A stretch of DNA of 64,000 nt, from the NCBI GenBank assembly GCA_965240325.2, contig OZ251224.1:4216001-4280000 (forward strand), given 5' to 3'. This stretch comes from Rebecca billardiae RCC1528 (Eukaryota > Protista > Haptophyta). The position numbers were made by a program, and so were the translations under genes. Below, piece after piece: positions 1 to 12,900 of this stretch (its first letter is position 1; each line of letters begins with the position of its first letter). The notes beneath the pieces are model-generated. The model ran no database searches and was not told the origin of the DNA. It saw only the letters and a list, made by a program, of their open reading frames with translations.

Positions 1-602
1 AGTCGCACAGCAGCTTGCCCCTCTGCGCGCGGTGCACCTCGATGGTGTGCGCGAGGCGGTCGAGGTGGCGCTGCACGGCCGGCCGCTCGAACGCCGCGCG
101 AGAGGTGGCGCACCACGACGGGTCGAATGGTGTGAGCTCCGCCGCGTGCGCTCGTAGGTGCAGCGCGGCGCTGAGGACGAGGGCGGCCCCCATGGAATGA
201 ATCCCTGCCGAGATGTCGAGTCGACTGTCGAACCATCAATATTGTCGAGACCGCGATACTGTGTACAACGTCGGTCTTACAAAGGTGGTTTGGCCTCTTG
301 TTTGGCCCCTTGCCCCTTCACAATTGCACACCGATTCAGCTACATACACTGCTACAGCCTTGAAGAGGGTGGAGAGCTCACCATTCACCAGCAGGCTCCG
401 CAGCGGAAGGCCTTTCCGTTTGGTTGACGAGATCTCCGACTGGGATGGGCGATTGGGCGGGGGCCCGGGGGCGCCCGCGCGCCGGTGAACCAGCCATCCA
501 TGCTTGATCCATGCATCTTGGGCTTGCATCTTGGTCAATTATACTCGGCACGCGGCCGCGTTGCGCCGTCGCCGGCTGAGGCTGTGGTCGTCAGCAGATT
601 TC

Positions 603-1963
603 ATGATGGAGCTCTGCATCCGGGCGGCGCGCACGGGCACCGGCGCGCCGCGGCGACGTGCGCGGCACGTGCTGCGCGTGGCGGGCGCGCTGCTGCTCCT
701 GCTCGGCGCAAGCACGGCGCCGCCGCCGCCCAACCGCTCGCGGAGCGCGCGCGCCCTCCGCCAGCAGGACCTCTCGCACCAGCTGCAGTTTGTGCAGCGG
801 CGCGTGAAGTTTGCGGGCATCCGCGCGTCGTGGGTGAGCGCGGTGATGTGCCTGGGCGACTCGTGGATGACGGGGCTGAACACGGCGGAGTTCGGCCACG
901 TCTGGGAGATCGAGCAGGTGCAGAAGGACTACCGCGGCGGCGCGTGGGCGTGCGGCAACGGCAAGGTGCTCGGCTTCCCGCAGATCGAGACGCTCGGCAC
1001 GCTGCTGCGCAAGTTCAGCCCGCAGGTGGTCGGGCTCTCGTCGGGCGTGACCCCGTTCCTCAACCCGTGCAAGGAGAACCCGGCCGAGTGCGGCCTCAAC
1101 GCCGCGGCCGACGGCGCCTCGCTCCTCGGCACCAACATGTCCTCGCACCGCGAGGGGCTGGAGCGCGAGAACACGCTCATCTGGCAGGCGCGCGACGCGG
1201 TCGACTGGCTGCACGCGCGCCACCCGCCGGAGGTGCTCGACGGGTGGAAGGTGATCACGATGCTGCCGACGTGGGGGGACCAGTGCGCGCACCGCCGCGC
1301 GCGCCGCGCCGCACCGCCCCCGCAGCCCGACCGCGGCGCTCACGGCCGCGCGCGCGCGCCGCGCGCCCGCGCGCTCGCAGGTGGTGGGCGAAGCGCAACG
1401 TGACGCTGATGCGCGACGGCGTGCACCACGTGCTCGCGTTCCTGCGCTCGAAGCTGAAGAAGGCGTACGTCAACCTGCTCGGTGTCTCGGACACGCCCTC
1501 CTCGCTCGACGACGTGCAGAAGGAGACGATGTGGTGCAAGCTGCAGGTCGCCGGCTGGAAGAAGAAGGTGCGCTTCGAGACCGGCATCGTCTTCAACGAG
1601 ATGGACGGCGCGGACGCGTTCGCGACCGAGCTGAACCGGATGCTGCTCGCCGCGGCGGAGCGGTTCGACGACGGGCGCAACTTCGTCGTGCGCTACCGCC
1701 CGCTGCTGCGCGGCTACGCCTTCCAGTCGCGCCTCTCCGACCCGTTCACGTGCTTCCACCCGCACCGCTCGTTCGCCCAGGAGCTGGGCTACGGGCTGCT
1801 GCAGAACATGGCGAGCGACTCAATGCGCCAGCTGGCGACGCTGCCGATCTACCGGCCGCCCGGGCAGACGTCGGGCGACCTGAGCGTCTCGCTGCACGCG
1901 CTCAAGACGATGGGCGCGTTCAAGCGCAAGGTGATGCGCGAGCGAGACCTGCTGCTGCTGTGA
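603..1963 (+). CDS. Phospholipase B1-like SGNH/GDSL lipase, N-terminal hydrophobic anchor; 2 exons (603-1282, 1381-1963)
   Basis: Motifs CLGDSWMTG, DYRGGAWACG, TLGTLLRKFSP, LNAAADGA, WKVITML and CFH match PLB1-type lipases. A GT-AG intron at 1283-1380 joins ORF 504..1403 to ORF 485..1963 in frame. Confidence 0.75.
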
Positions 1964-3280
1964 CGCGCCGCGCGCCGCCGCACGCCCGCGAGGGGCGGCG
2001 GCGCCGCGCGCTGGCGGCGCTCAGTGCTCAGTTGTCCTCCGTGCTCTTGCTGTGCGGAGCGGAGGGCGGTGGTGCGCCCGGCCCGTGGCGGCACGCCGCG
2101 GGCTGCGCGCGCCACCACCGTTGTCGGCCAGGCGTGCAGGGGCGCGAGCGCGCCGCGAGACGGCGCGCTCAGCGCTGCAAGCCCTTGCGGCTGGCCGCGC
2201 TGGCGCGCGGGCGCGCGCGCGCGTGCTCGCCCATCCGCCCACGTCTCGGCGCGCCGCCCGCGGTGACTCCGGCGCCGGCCTCGGCGGCGGGCTGTGCGCC
2301 GCTGCCGCGTCGCCGCTCGCGAGCGCATGGCGTGCGCGCGCGCGGAGAGGCCGGTGTGTGCGCGCGCACGCGGACGGGCGGCGCGCACGCAGACCGCGCG
2401 CGCACGGGCGGGCTGCTGCGCTCGGCGCAGCAGCCCGACGTCGGCGCGGGCGCAGGGCCATGCGTGGTTGCGGCGCGGTTGTCGGCTGCTGGGCCTCTCG
2501 CCGGGACTCGTGGCGAATCGTCTGCGGGCCCGATCGGCGACGGCGACCAGCCGCGACGTCGCGGACAGCACCGTCACTCGTCGCCACGTAATCGGCAGAC
2601 CGTCACTCGTCAGTGGCAGCAGTGGCATCCCGGAGTTCGCTGGCTGCCCGAACCGCGCGCGGCCAAGGTGATCTGGAGTGGCCGCGCCGGGGAGTCGCCT
2701 CCGTGAGACTACTCATTTCCAAGATGAAGATCCGGGGTTCTGGCCGTGGTTCCGGACTATCAAGCTGGGCGCCTACAGCCTTAACTCACTACTCAGTTTA
2801 TTTGTTTTAAAACCCCATATTCTGCTCATCATATGGGTGAACATAAGTCTGAAAGTCGTATTGGCTTCAGAGTTCAACTATTCACTGAGCGCCCATTTGC
2901 TTGCCTTCGATTATAGGAGCCTGAAAGCGCTTCTTCACCACTAACGTCGAACTGTAGATCTCCGTTGCCGGACGGGTTTCTAAATGAAGTCCGCTCGAGC
3001 TTGATTTACCGTGGATTCATATCGTTCGGGCAGATGATTGGTCCATGTACTTTCCGGATTGTGCAGCCGTGAACCATCTGGCGAATAAGAAGCGCCGCAT
3101 TTGATGGGCTTCAATATGGGGGTAGTGCGTTTCTGAGTTTGGAGTGTGGTAACGGATTCAAAGCGGGCCACGCGGCGACGAGACGCGCGCGCGCGTCCCG
3201 CTTCAAAGCGGCGCCCACTGCCGCGACCGCGGTTCGTCGCGCAGCGAGCGCCGGTCTTAGAGGCCCGCCACCTGCCCGCC

Positions 3281-4946
3281 ATGGGTTTCACCGATGCGCA
3301 GGTCGCCGATCTCCGCTCCAAGGGGCTCGGCTTCGTCGTCGCCGAGATCGAGCAGATGCAGTCGGACGCTGACGCGCAGTGGCTGCTGTACGCGGCCGCC
3401 CTCGTCTTCTTCATGCAGACCGGCTTTGCGATGCTGTGCGCGGGCCTTGTGCGCGCGAAGAACACGAAGAACATCCTGCTGAAGAACGTGCTCGACGCGT
3501 GCGCGGGTGCGCTCGGCTTCTGGTGCGCCCGTCCGCAGCTGCCTCTCCGCCGGCACGCCCGCGTCCCACGCCTCGCGCCCGCACCGCCCGGGATCGCCGC
3601 GCGCTCACGCGGCGTGCGCTTGTGCGCCCGCGCGCCCGCGCGCCCGCGCTCGGCAGGTCGATCGGGTACGCATTCGCTTACGGCGAGGCGAACGGCGGCA
3701 ACCCCTTCATCGGCAACACCTACTTCTTCCTCACCAACTTCGAGGGCAACGACACCTACCAGTCCTGGCTCTTCCAGTTTGCGTTTGCCGCGACCGCCGC
3801 GACGATCGTGTCGGGCGCCGTGGCGGAGCGCACAAAGATGGCGGCGTACATGTGCTACTCGTTCGCGCTCACGGCGTTCGTGTACCCGGTGGTCGTGCAC
3901 TGGGTCTGGTCCAGCGCGGGCTGGCTCTCCGCCTTCAACGCCGCGCCGCTGCTCGGCACGGGCATGGTCGACTTTGCCGGCTGCGGCGTCGTGCACATGG
4001 TCGGTGGCCTCTCCGCGCTCGTCGGCGCCGCGGTGGTGGGCCCGCGGCTCGGGCGGTACGACCTCGAGGGCAACGTGATCGACATTCCGGGCCACTCGTC
4101 CACGCTCGCGGCACTCGGCACCTTCATCCTGTGGGTCGGCTGGGTACGGCAGCATGCGCGCGCGCGCCCATCCGTCCGCGCGCCGACGCCGCGAGCGAGC
4201 GCGTGCGAGGGCGGCGGCGAGGTGCTGAGCGGTGTGCGCGCGCCCGCCCCGCGCCGCCGCCCCCTGGCACGCAGTACGGTTTCAACCCGGGCTCGACGCT
4301 CGGCATCTCGGGCGGCCTGGGCAACGTCGCGGGCAAGGCCGCCGTCACGACGACGCTCTCGGCCGCGTCGGGCGCCGTCTCATGCCTCGCCATCTTCAAG
4401 GCGTCGACGCACGCCTTCGACCTCGGGCAGACGCTGAACGGCGCGCTCGCCGGCCTCGTCTCGATCACCGCGGGCTGCTCCGTGATGGACCCGTGGGCCG
4501 CCGTCGTCACCGGCCTCATCGGCGCGATGGTGTACACCGGCTGGTCCGAGTTTGTCAAGAAGATCCTCAAGATTGACGACGTGGTCGACGCGTCCGCGGT
4601 GCACTTTGCGTGCGGCGCGTGGGGGCTGATCGCCGCGTCGCTCTTCGCGACGAAGGCCAACTTCTCCGCGTCGTACGGCGTGGACGACCCGATGTACTAT
4701 GGCGCCTTCTACGCGCCCGTCGGCCAGGGCCACCAGATGTTCGTCTGCGCGCTGATCGGCATCTGCTGCATCACCGCGTGGGTGGGCGGGCTGATGACGC
4801 CCTTCTTCTACTTGCTCAAGCTGGCCGGGCTGCTGCGCTCGCCGCCCGAGGAGGAGGAGCTGGGCATGGACGTGTCCAAGCACGGCGGCAGCGCCTACCC
4901 CGACTACGTCGTGAGCACAACCAACACCGTCAAGGAGAACGCCTAA
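3281..4946 (+). CDS. AMT1: Ammonium transporter (AMT1 family); exons 3281-3522, 3657-4143, 4275-4946
   Basis: Motifs [86 protein letters not shown]. Two GT-AG introns restore the frame. Confidence 0.97.
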
Positions 4947-5594
4947 GCGCGCGCAAGCGCGCGCGCGCGGCACTCGGCCGCGCGCGCGGCGCAGCGAGCT
5001 GCGCGACGGGGCGGAGCCCTGGAGGATCGGCCCCGCCGGTACGCGCGCGCCGGCAGCCGGACGCCGCGCTCGCCGGAGCCCATCTGCCCAGGCGCGTGGC
5101 GGGACGCGCCTCTATGCCGGCCCGACACGCGAGGGTCGGTGCACTCGTACGATCTGCAGCTGGCGAACGACCGCGATCACTCCGATGCCTCGGACTACTT
5201 GAGTACTGCAAGTGCACTGCTTGAACTCTGTGCCGACGCCAATCAGTGTGACGGTGCCCGTGGCCGTGTCCGCCCGTGAGAGACACCGTGAGTGGCGTGA
5301 GTGCTCGTGACTCGTCAGCAGCATCATATCTACCGCGTCTGATCAGTCACACTGACTACTGCTAGTTACTCAGACACAGGCGCGGCGACCTGACTTATGC
5401 GGCTGACTGCTCGTCTTAATCATCATCATGATGCAGCAAGTATAGCATCGTCAGACGATGATGACGATGTCGATGATGTCATCATGTCATGAATAATCAT
5501 GATGAGTTCATGATGATGACGACAGCATGTCTCAACTCTCGTCAATAATAATAATAACTGACAACGATGACTCGCTCGTCTCATCAAGTCGTCA

Positions 5595-8500
5595 TCACCA
5601 ACGGCGCGCGGCCGCGTCGCGGCCGGTGACAGCCTGGCGCCGCAGGGCGGCGAGCCGCTCGAGCGCAGCGTCGGCGTGCGCACGCAGCTCGAGCACGCCG
5701 CGCGTGCCCGGGGCGGGCACCCTCCACGCCGCGGGCGGCGTGCCGAGGTGCTGATCGGCCGGCTCGTCGCTCCATCGCATCCGCGCCTCGGGCGCCGCTT
5801 CGCGCGAGGCCGAGCGCGCGCGCTCCGCGCTCGCGCGCGGGCGCGGCGTGACGGGCGTGCTGAGCTGCTCCGGCTGTGGCGGAGGCGGCGAGTGCAGCCA
5901 CAGCGCACCCTCGAGCTCGGAGAGGGTGGGCGAGCGCGCGGCGGAGGAGGAGGAGGCGGAGGCGGAGGCGGAGGCGGAGCCGCTCGCTCGCTGCCCGCGC
6001 GCCGCCGGCCATTCCGAGCTAGCAGCCGCCGTGTGCAGCTGCGGCGGGCTCGGCGCGGACGGCCCGCGCCAGCGCGGCGGCCCGCGCTCGCTCGCGCCGC
6101 GCTCGACGGCGGCCGTACCCGCCCAGGCGCGTGGCGGCGCGTGCGACTGCGCCGAGGGCGCGGCCTCGGCGGCCTGGCAGCCGACCGAGTGTGCTGCCGC
6201 CGCCGCGCCGCACGCCGCCTGGCAAGCCGCGTCCACAGCGCGCGAGCCGGCGGGAGCGGCCGCGGCCGCGGCGCGGGCGGACGGCGGCGCAGCGCGCGGC
6301 GTGCACAGCGGCCGCGCAATCGCGGCCGCGCGCGCGGTGGCCGCGGCCGAGGCGCCGCCTCCGCCGCGCGGCGTCGGCGCGCCACGGCCCGAGCCGCCTT
6401 CCGCGCGCGCCGCCGCGGCGTGCGGCCGCGCGGCCGGCTCGGCCTCGGCAGCGGCGAGCAGGGCGGTGGCCCAGCGCCGACGGCCGGAGGCGGGCGCGCG
6501 CTCGGCGGGGGCAGCGCGGCACTCCGCGCCGCCGACGAGCGTGCTGGTCGGAAGCGCGTGCGGCGGGGCGCCGTCGGTGGCGCGCGCCGCGGCCGCCCAC
6601 GCCGCGACGCGCTCGCTGCCGCCCTCGGCGCCACCGTGGGCAGGGGCGCGCTGCGGCGCGGCGCGGGCGCTGGGCGCAGGCCGCGCCAACGCGTGCGCAG
6701 CCGCGCTCGCCGCCGCGGCCGCCGCCGCCCGCGCCGCGTGCGCCGCCGTGTCGGCGGTGCCGGCCCACGCGGCTGGGTGCGCGCTACCCGCCTCCGCCGC
6801 CACCCACGCGCTGCGCCGCGCACACGCGCCGGCGGCCGCGCCTGCAGGCAGCTGCTGCCACGGCGCGGTCGCAGCCCACGATTGCGCGCCGCCCGCCGCG
6901 GCGCCGCCACCGAGCGCGGGCGCGCCGCCCGCGGCCGCGCGCGCGTGCAGGGCGGGCGCGCGGCGCGGCGGCGCGGCGTGCGCTGGGCCCGCGGGCGCAG
7001 GGTGCGGCAGCGGCGACGATGGCGCCGGCGCGCGCGGCCGCATCGCCGGCGCGGCCGCGGCGGGCGCAGCGGGCGCGCTCGGCGGTGGCGCAAGCCGTGT
7101 GCCGGCGTGTGCGCACGCCGCCGGCGCGGCGCTCGCGCCGCCTCCGCGCCGCGTGCGCTCGTCGGCGAGCGGCGGGCGCCACGGCTCTGCGCGCGGCGCG
7201 GCCACGGCCGCCCGCGCCTCCGGCCTCGCCGCCGCACCCGCCGCGCTTCCGCCGCCCACCGCGCCCGCGTCCGCACCCGCGTCCGCGCCGGTACCGGCGG
7301 CGACGCGGGCGGGGGCGGAGGCGGAGGCGGAGGCGGAGGAGGCGGCGATGAGATGGGCTGCCAGCGCCGTCACCGCCTCCGCGGCGCGCGCCATCGGCGG
7401 GCGGCGGCGGCGCGCGGCGCGCGCGGCCGCGGCGCGACGCCACGCGCGCAACGCCGCGCGCATGCCGAGCGCCGCGCGCGCGCGTGGCGGCGCGCTCGGC
7501 TCGGCGCGCGCGCGCGCGCGCGCGCGCGCCCGCCGCGTCGGCGCGCGCGCGCGCGCCGCCGCCGCCTTGCGGCCGTGGCGGCGCGGGCGCGGCGTGGCGC
7601 GCGCTGGCGGCGGCGCCGCCTCGCGCGCGCGAGCGCGCGCGCGAGCGCGCGCGCGCGTACCGCTCGCGCGCCGAGCACACGCGCCGCCACCGCCTGAGCA
7701 GCTGCCGCGCGCGCGCGCGCGGCACCGCGGCCGCGGCCGCGGCGCGCGCGGCGCGCGCCGCGCTCGCGTGCGCGACGAGTGCGCGCACGCAGCGGCGCGC
7801 GACGCGCACCGCGGCGCGCGCGGCGCGGAGGCTCTCGAGCTGCGCCGTGCGCGCGACGCGCGCCGCCCAGCGGCGGAGGGCGCGGCGCGCGCTCCTCGCG
7901 CGCCGCCAGCGCGCGCGCGGCGCCGCGCGCGCCGCCAGCGCCCACGCGGCCGCCTCCGCCGTCGCGTCGGCCGCGGCGCGCGCGCGCCAGCCGCGCAGCG
8001 CGCGCGCGCGCGCCGCGCCGAGCGCGGCGGCACGGAGCGCGGCGGCGCGCGCGCGGCGCGAGGCGGCGCGGCGCCACCGCGCGAGCACGCCCTCCGCCAG
8101 CCGCGAGACCGCCGCGAGCCCGCGCCACGCGCCCACCGCCGCGGCCTCTGCGTGAACGCGCGCGGCGCGCCGCCACGCTGCGAGCGCGCGCCGCCGCCGG
8201 CCGCGCGCCGCGCGCGCCGCGCCGTCATGCGCCGCGGCCGCGGCGTCGGCCTCGGCGGCCCAGCGCGCGACGGCACGCGAGAGCGCGCGCCGTCGAGCGA
8301 GACGCGCCGCGCGCCGCTGCCGCGCGTCGCGCACCGCCGCCGCGCGCGTCGCGCCCAGCGCCGCCGCGAGGCCGCGCGCGCGCGAGGCCGCGCGCGCGCG
8401 CCGCGCCGCGCCCGATCGCGCGTCGCGCGCGCGCGCGGCCTCGCGCGCGCGCGCGGCGGCGGTGCTGCGCGGCGCGGCTCGCGTCGGCCGGGCTGGCCGC

Positions 8501-9495
8501 GCGCCCTGGCCCGCCGCCGCCGCCGCCGCCGCCGCGCCGAGCTCGCGCGCGCGCTGCGCCCAGCGCGCCGCCGCGCGCCGCACGGCCGCGCGCGCGGGCG
8601 CGGCCACGTGCCGCGCGAGCGCGCGCACGCTCGCACCGACGGCGGCGCGCGCGGCGTGCCGCCGCGCGCGCGCGAGCCGGCGGTGCGCGCGCACGCGCTC
8701 GCGCGCGCACGCGCGCACGAGCGCCAGCGCGCGCGCCAGCGCGCGCTCGGCCCGCGGCGCGGCCGCGCGCGCGCCGAGCGCCGCGGCGGCGCGGCGGCGC
8801 GCGAGCGCGCGCAGCGCGCGCACAGCGTGCAGCGCAAGCGTGCGCCCGCCGAGCGCGGCGGTGAGCGCGAGCTCGCGCTCGCGCGCGTGCACGTCCAACG
8901 CGCGCGCCGCGAGCGCCGCGAGCCCGCGCCGCGCGCCGCGCGCGCGCGCCGCCGCGCGCGCTCGCGTCACTGCGTGCCATGCGCGCAGCCGCGTGATGCG
9001 CGCGCGCGCGCACAGGGCGGCGCGCGCGCGGTGCACGGAGAGGGCGGCGGCGAGGCGGTCGGCGGCGCGCCGGGTCCAGCGGCGCAGCGCGAGCTGCGCC
9101 GCGCCGCGCCGCGCCGCGCCCAGCGCCTCCGCCGCGCTCACGGCCGTCGCGATTGCCCACGCGCGCAGCACGCGCGCAGCGATGCGCCGCGCGCCCAGGC
9201 TGCGCGCGAGCGAGTGCACGGAGGCGCGGAGCGAGCGGCGCCGGCCGATGTGGCGCCAGAGGCGCACCGCGCCGTCCAGACGCCGCCGCGCCGAGCGCGC
9301 GCCGAGCACGTGGCCCGCGGCCGCGCCCGGCGCGCGCTCGGGCGGACGGCTGGCGGCCGCGGCGCCGTGCGCGCGCCACGCGCGGAACGCGGCGCCCAGC
9401 TCGGCGCGCTTGCCCGTGGCGGGCGGCGGCGCGCGCCCGGCGAGCGCGAGCGCGTGGCGCAGCTGGTGCCCGAGCGCGTCGAGCTCCGCGCTCAT
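5595..9495 (-). CDS. Long Ala/Arg-rich protein with periodic Trp (Sfi1-like centrin-binding repeats) and low-complexity tail; junction near 7480-7660 unresolved
   Basis: From ATG 9495 (MSAELDALGHQL) there are recurring FRAW/LRAW/LRRW/LAAW/LARW/LRGW units. The reading continues in the frame of ORF 5595..8837 (ALGMRAALRAWRR...LELRAHADAALERLAALRR). A GT donor exists at 7660, but no clean in-frame splice was found across the (CG)n tracts. Confidence 0.5.
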
Positions 9496-9679
9496 CCGCT
9501 GCGCGAGGTCGGCCCAAGGCGCATGCCGGTGTCGCGAGTGACCAGCGCCGCGCGCTCGAACAGCCAGCCAGCCGAGTTGGCGAGCACAGCGCACCGGTCG
9601 CCGGGAGGTCGGGAGCTGTTGCGAGCGCACTTGTTCAGCGCAGGCAGTCGCTCGCCAAGGACTCACTCCTCGGCCCACG

Positions 9680-9916
9680 ATGGCGCCGCCCAGCAACGCG
9701 CGGACGCCAGCGGAGACGGCTGTGGGCTTGTGGCGCCTATGGCTGGCGTGGCGCGGTGTCGTCGCCGTGGGCGCGACGTCCCTCCTCGCGTATTGCCACT
9801 ACGAGATGTACCGCGCACAGCCCGAACTCTACCGATGGCCCTGGCCCAGGCGAGCAGCGCACGCCGCCGCCGCAGGCGCAGAGCGCACTGGGGAGAACGC
9901 GCGCGAGCAGCGGTGA
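9680..9916 (+). CDS. Small putative single-pass membrane protein (78 aa), divergent from the Sfi1-like gene
   Basis: ATG start, hydrophobic segment WRGVVAVGATSLLAYC followed by HYEMY; composition is more complex than the artefact ORFs. Confidence 0.45.
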   Translation: MAPPSNARTPAETAVGLWRLWLAWRGVVAVGATSLLAYCHYEMYRAQPELYRWPWPRRAAHAAAAGAERTGENAREQR

Positions 9917-12900
9917 CGGCGGACGGAGCGCAGGCACGCTCGGCGCGGCGGCTGTCGAACATGCACTACGTCTACGACGCAGTTACGCACTGCGCGTGCG
10001 CTGCTGCTGACGCGCATGGCCTCGCTCAACCCATGCGGCATCCGTCAGCGGATGGGAGTGATTACGGTCCCGCCCGCAGCGGGCGCGTAACTCAGACGAC
10101 CGTCTCAATAATGCCGCCCGCGTGTCAGATGCGTCCGGCAGCGGGTTATGACTACACTTGCACCAAGACCCAAGCCCACGCGCCGCGACAACAGGAAGCT
10201 ATAGCTGAGACTAATAACGACTGTACTGACGACGACGCGTAATTACACGGCTTAATCGGCTATTAATCGTCGGACTAGTAGATACTCGGTCCATTCTGTG
10301 AGTCTGCAGAAGAGTTAGGTGGTTCATCGTACTCTTATTAAATAATACTTTATGGCGCACGCCCCCCCCCCCGAAAGGTCTGAGCGTGAGCGAAAGCCGG
10401 GGGGGGGGGGGCGGCGCACGTGCTCCGCAAAATCAAAAAGAGGATGCGCGCAGGATTTTGGGGATCGATTTTTGTGGGTGGCCTTACCGTACGTATGAGT
10501 GGATTTCGCTGCCAATGATTGCGTTTGTAGTAGATGCTAATTTTAACGATAGTAACACTTAGGGGAATGCCGGGTGGAATAGCACATAGCACCAGCCGTG
10601 TTGTGTTCGAACATTCCGTCATAGTAAGATGCTTGAATTGTAAGAGCCTGAAACGTCTCGCCAACCATAGAAAAGAGAGGTTGAGTCAGATTTTATGTCG
10701 CTTGAAGTAAAGAATTATTATGCCGGCATCTGAAGTCATGATTCATGAACCGTCGCTTCTCAGTGGCGGATATCATCAGGTTAAGGCCGTTAACTCGTTA
10801 AGCCCCTTGTTAAAAGCCCCTTGATTACCCTTGATTCATACACGGGTAATATATCTTTTAAAGCCGGAAGGCGCTCAAAATACCCAAGTGGGCACTGGGT
10901 GCCGGGTGGCCCGCGAAGTAAAGTACAGTTTACTGCTATTATTAACGTGCACACTGCTTGGTTAACATTTTACTAAGCAGAATAAGAGACGCACACAGCT
11001 CAGGCAGGCGAGATTGCAGTATCATAATATCTCCCTTGATGATATGTACCCTGGTCGCGCGGGCAGGCACTAGGCAGTGGTGAGCAGGAAGGAGTTGGTT
11101 GGAGTGCTGAACCGAGGCAGCTCGGAGGGTGTCCACCGCCCACGCAGGCCGCTGCCGCACGATCGTTCAATCCGACAGACTCAGCGCAGGTGCGCGCAGC
11201 TGCGGCGGGTCCCAACGGCCGTCGGCATCGCATTCGTGCCTCGCTCACCCCGCGCGCCCCGCCCTGCCGACCCGCGTCCACGCGCGTGCGCGCCTGACGT
11301 CGCGCAGCCTTTTCGGTGCAAGCTCCGTTCTGCTGGTGTTCGAGACTGTGGCTGGCGCAGGCGCACGAGGAGAGGGCAGCGCGAGTGTCTGCGTGCTCGC
11401 TGCATCTTGCTGCGCGATGGTCCGCTCGTCTGCTCCCACGATCTCGAGTGACTCGACCGATCTCGTCTGGGACAGCGGCGAGCGCACGATCAGCTTGCAG
11501 CTGCCAACACAGCGCGCTCGGCGTGAGCAGCCCGCGGGAGCGGTGGCAGTGACCGAGCTGCGCCGCACCGCCGGCCGCACGCGCGTGCGCCAGTTGGGTG
11601 GCGTCGTGGTCTCGCCTTTCAGCCGTTTCATCCGCCGCTCAGGCCGATTTTACGCCGTCAGCAGCCATTTGTCGACGCGCTACGCGTCAGACGGCTGACG
11701 AGCCGGGTGAGCCGCCTGTGGGCCGTCAAGCCGCATCACCCAGCGCAGCTTCGCCCGCGACGACGGCTTCGCCTGGCTACCACTGCTCATCAGCCGCGTG
11801 CTCGGCGGGCTCGGCGGGCGTCGTTCGGCCGAGCACGGCTGCAGCGCAGCACGCGTAAGTAAGAGGCCGTGGAGCCTGGAGCGCCCCGACTGTGACGCGG
11901 ATGGCGGAGGCGCCGGGCTTTGCGGGAATTGGGCTCGGGCTGCCATGAGCCGCCACGGGCTCGGGGCTGTACCGTCTGCGCAGATCGCGCTCGGCCCGGC
12001 CGCAGCCCTCCTGAGCGCGCGCCTCAGAGCTGAGACTGATCACGGGCCGAGGCGCACGAGCGACACTGCCATGCGGCTCGGTGTCGAGCCGCGCCCGCTG
12101 CGTGTGAGGCTCGAGGCGCGGCGCTCGCACGGGCTCAACGCGGGCGCAGCGGGTGCGCGCAGCTGGCGCACGCAGCCACGCGCGGAACTAGCTAGGGCCG
12201 TGCGCCCTCAACTTCGTTGTTTACTACCCGAAGATCGGCGTAGCCGATCATATATATCGGGCGGCGGAAGTACTACTTTATTATTACTTTATTATTATAA
12301 CTTATTAGCAGCGAATAATCCCGCGGGCCCCCGGGGTAAACGCAGCACAAGGCCTGCGGCCGGCCGTCAACTCGTCAAGGCCGCGCACTCGGCACTCTCT
12401 GTCACTCTGACTCCGAGTCCGAGGCTGCCCGGTCTGAGAGTGACTCAGAGTCGGCGCACTCAGCACTGGCGCCAGGCGGCAGCTTCCAGGCCCAGCCATC
12501 ATCAGTCTAGTCGCAATCTGCCAGCACTCGGGTAAGCTAGTCCGTAAGTCCCGCGAAGTCGCCGAAGTCCGATCGGCCCAGCGTACGAGCAGGACTCGCC
12601 AGACAGAGGCGCCCAGACTCCGTCAGAGTGGCCCAGTCAGTGAGGCCAGACGCCCGCGCCTGCGGATCTAACTCTAAGGGCAAGGCAGCCGATGCAGTCA
12701 CCGTGACCCACGGTGCCGCGGCGGTCCGTGCGCCGAAACATGTTGGTCGGTGCACGGCGCACGCGACGCGCCACCCGCGTGCGAGCCGCGGCGCCGCCGG
12801 CGACGCAGGACGAGCTTGGCTGGAGCCATCTCGCACGCCCGCGCCTGGCGAAGCAGGCGGCGGCCAGGGGCAGGGGGCGCCGGAAACCGGTCTCCTGGGC

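Noticed and set aside
15-488. Short ORFs at the window start
   Set aside because: No recognisable motif; cannot be supported without upstream sequence.
5848-10242. 1464-aa plus-strand ORF and the many other long Arg/Ala-rich ORFs
   Set aside because: Stop-codon scarcity at extreme GC content. They are antisense or alternative frames of real genes and have no recognisable motifs.
10761-10777. CAGTGGCGGAT shared with 42904, and ACTTAGGGGAAT (~10557) versus ATTCCCTAAGT (~15963) as possible TIRs
   Set aside because: The matches are only about 11 bp, with no partner end or TSD identified.
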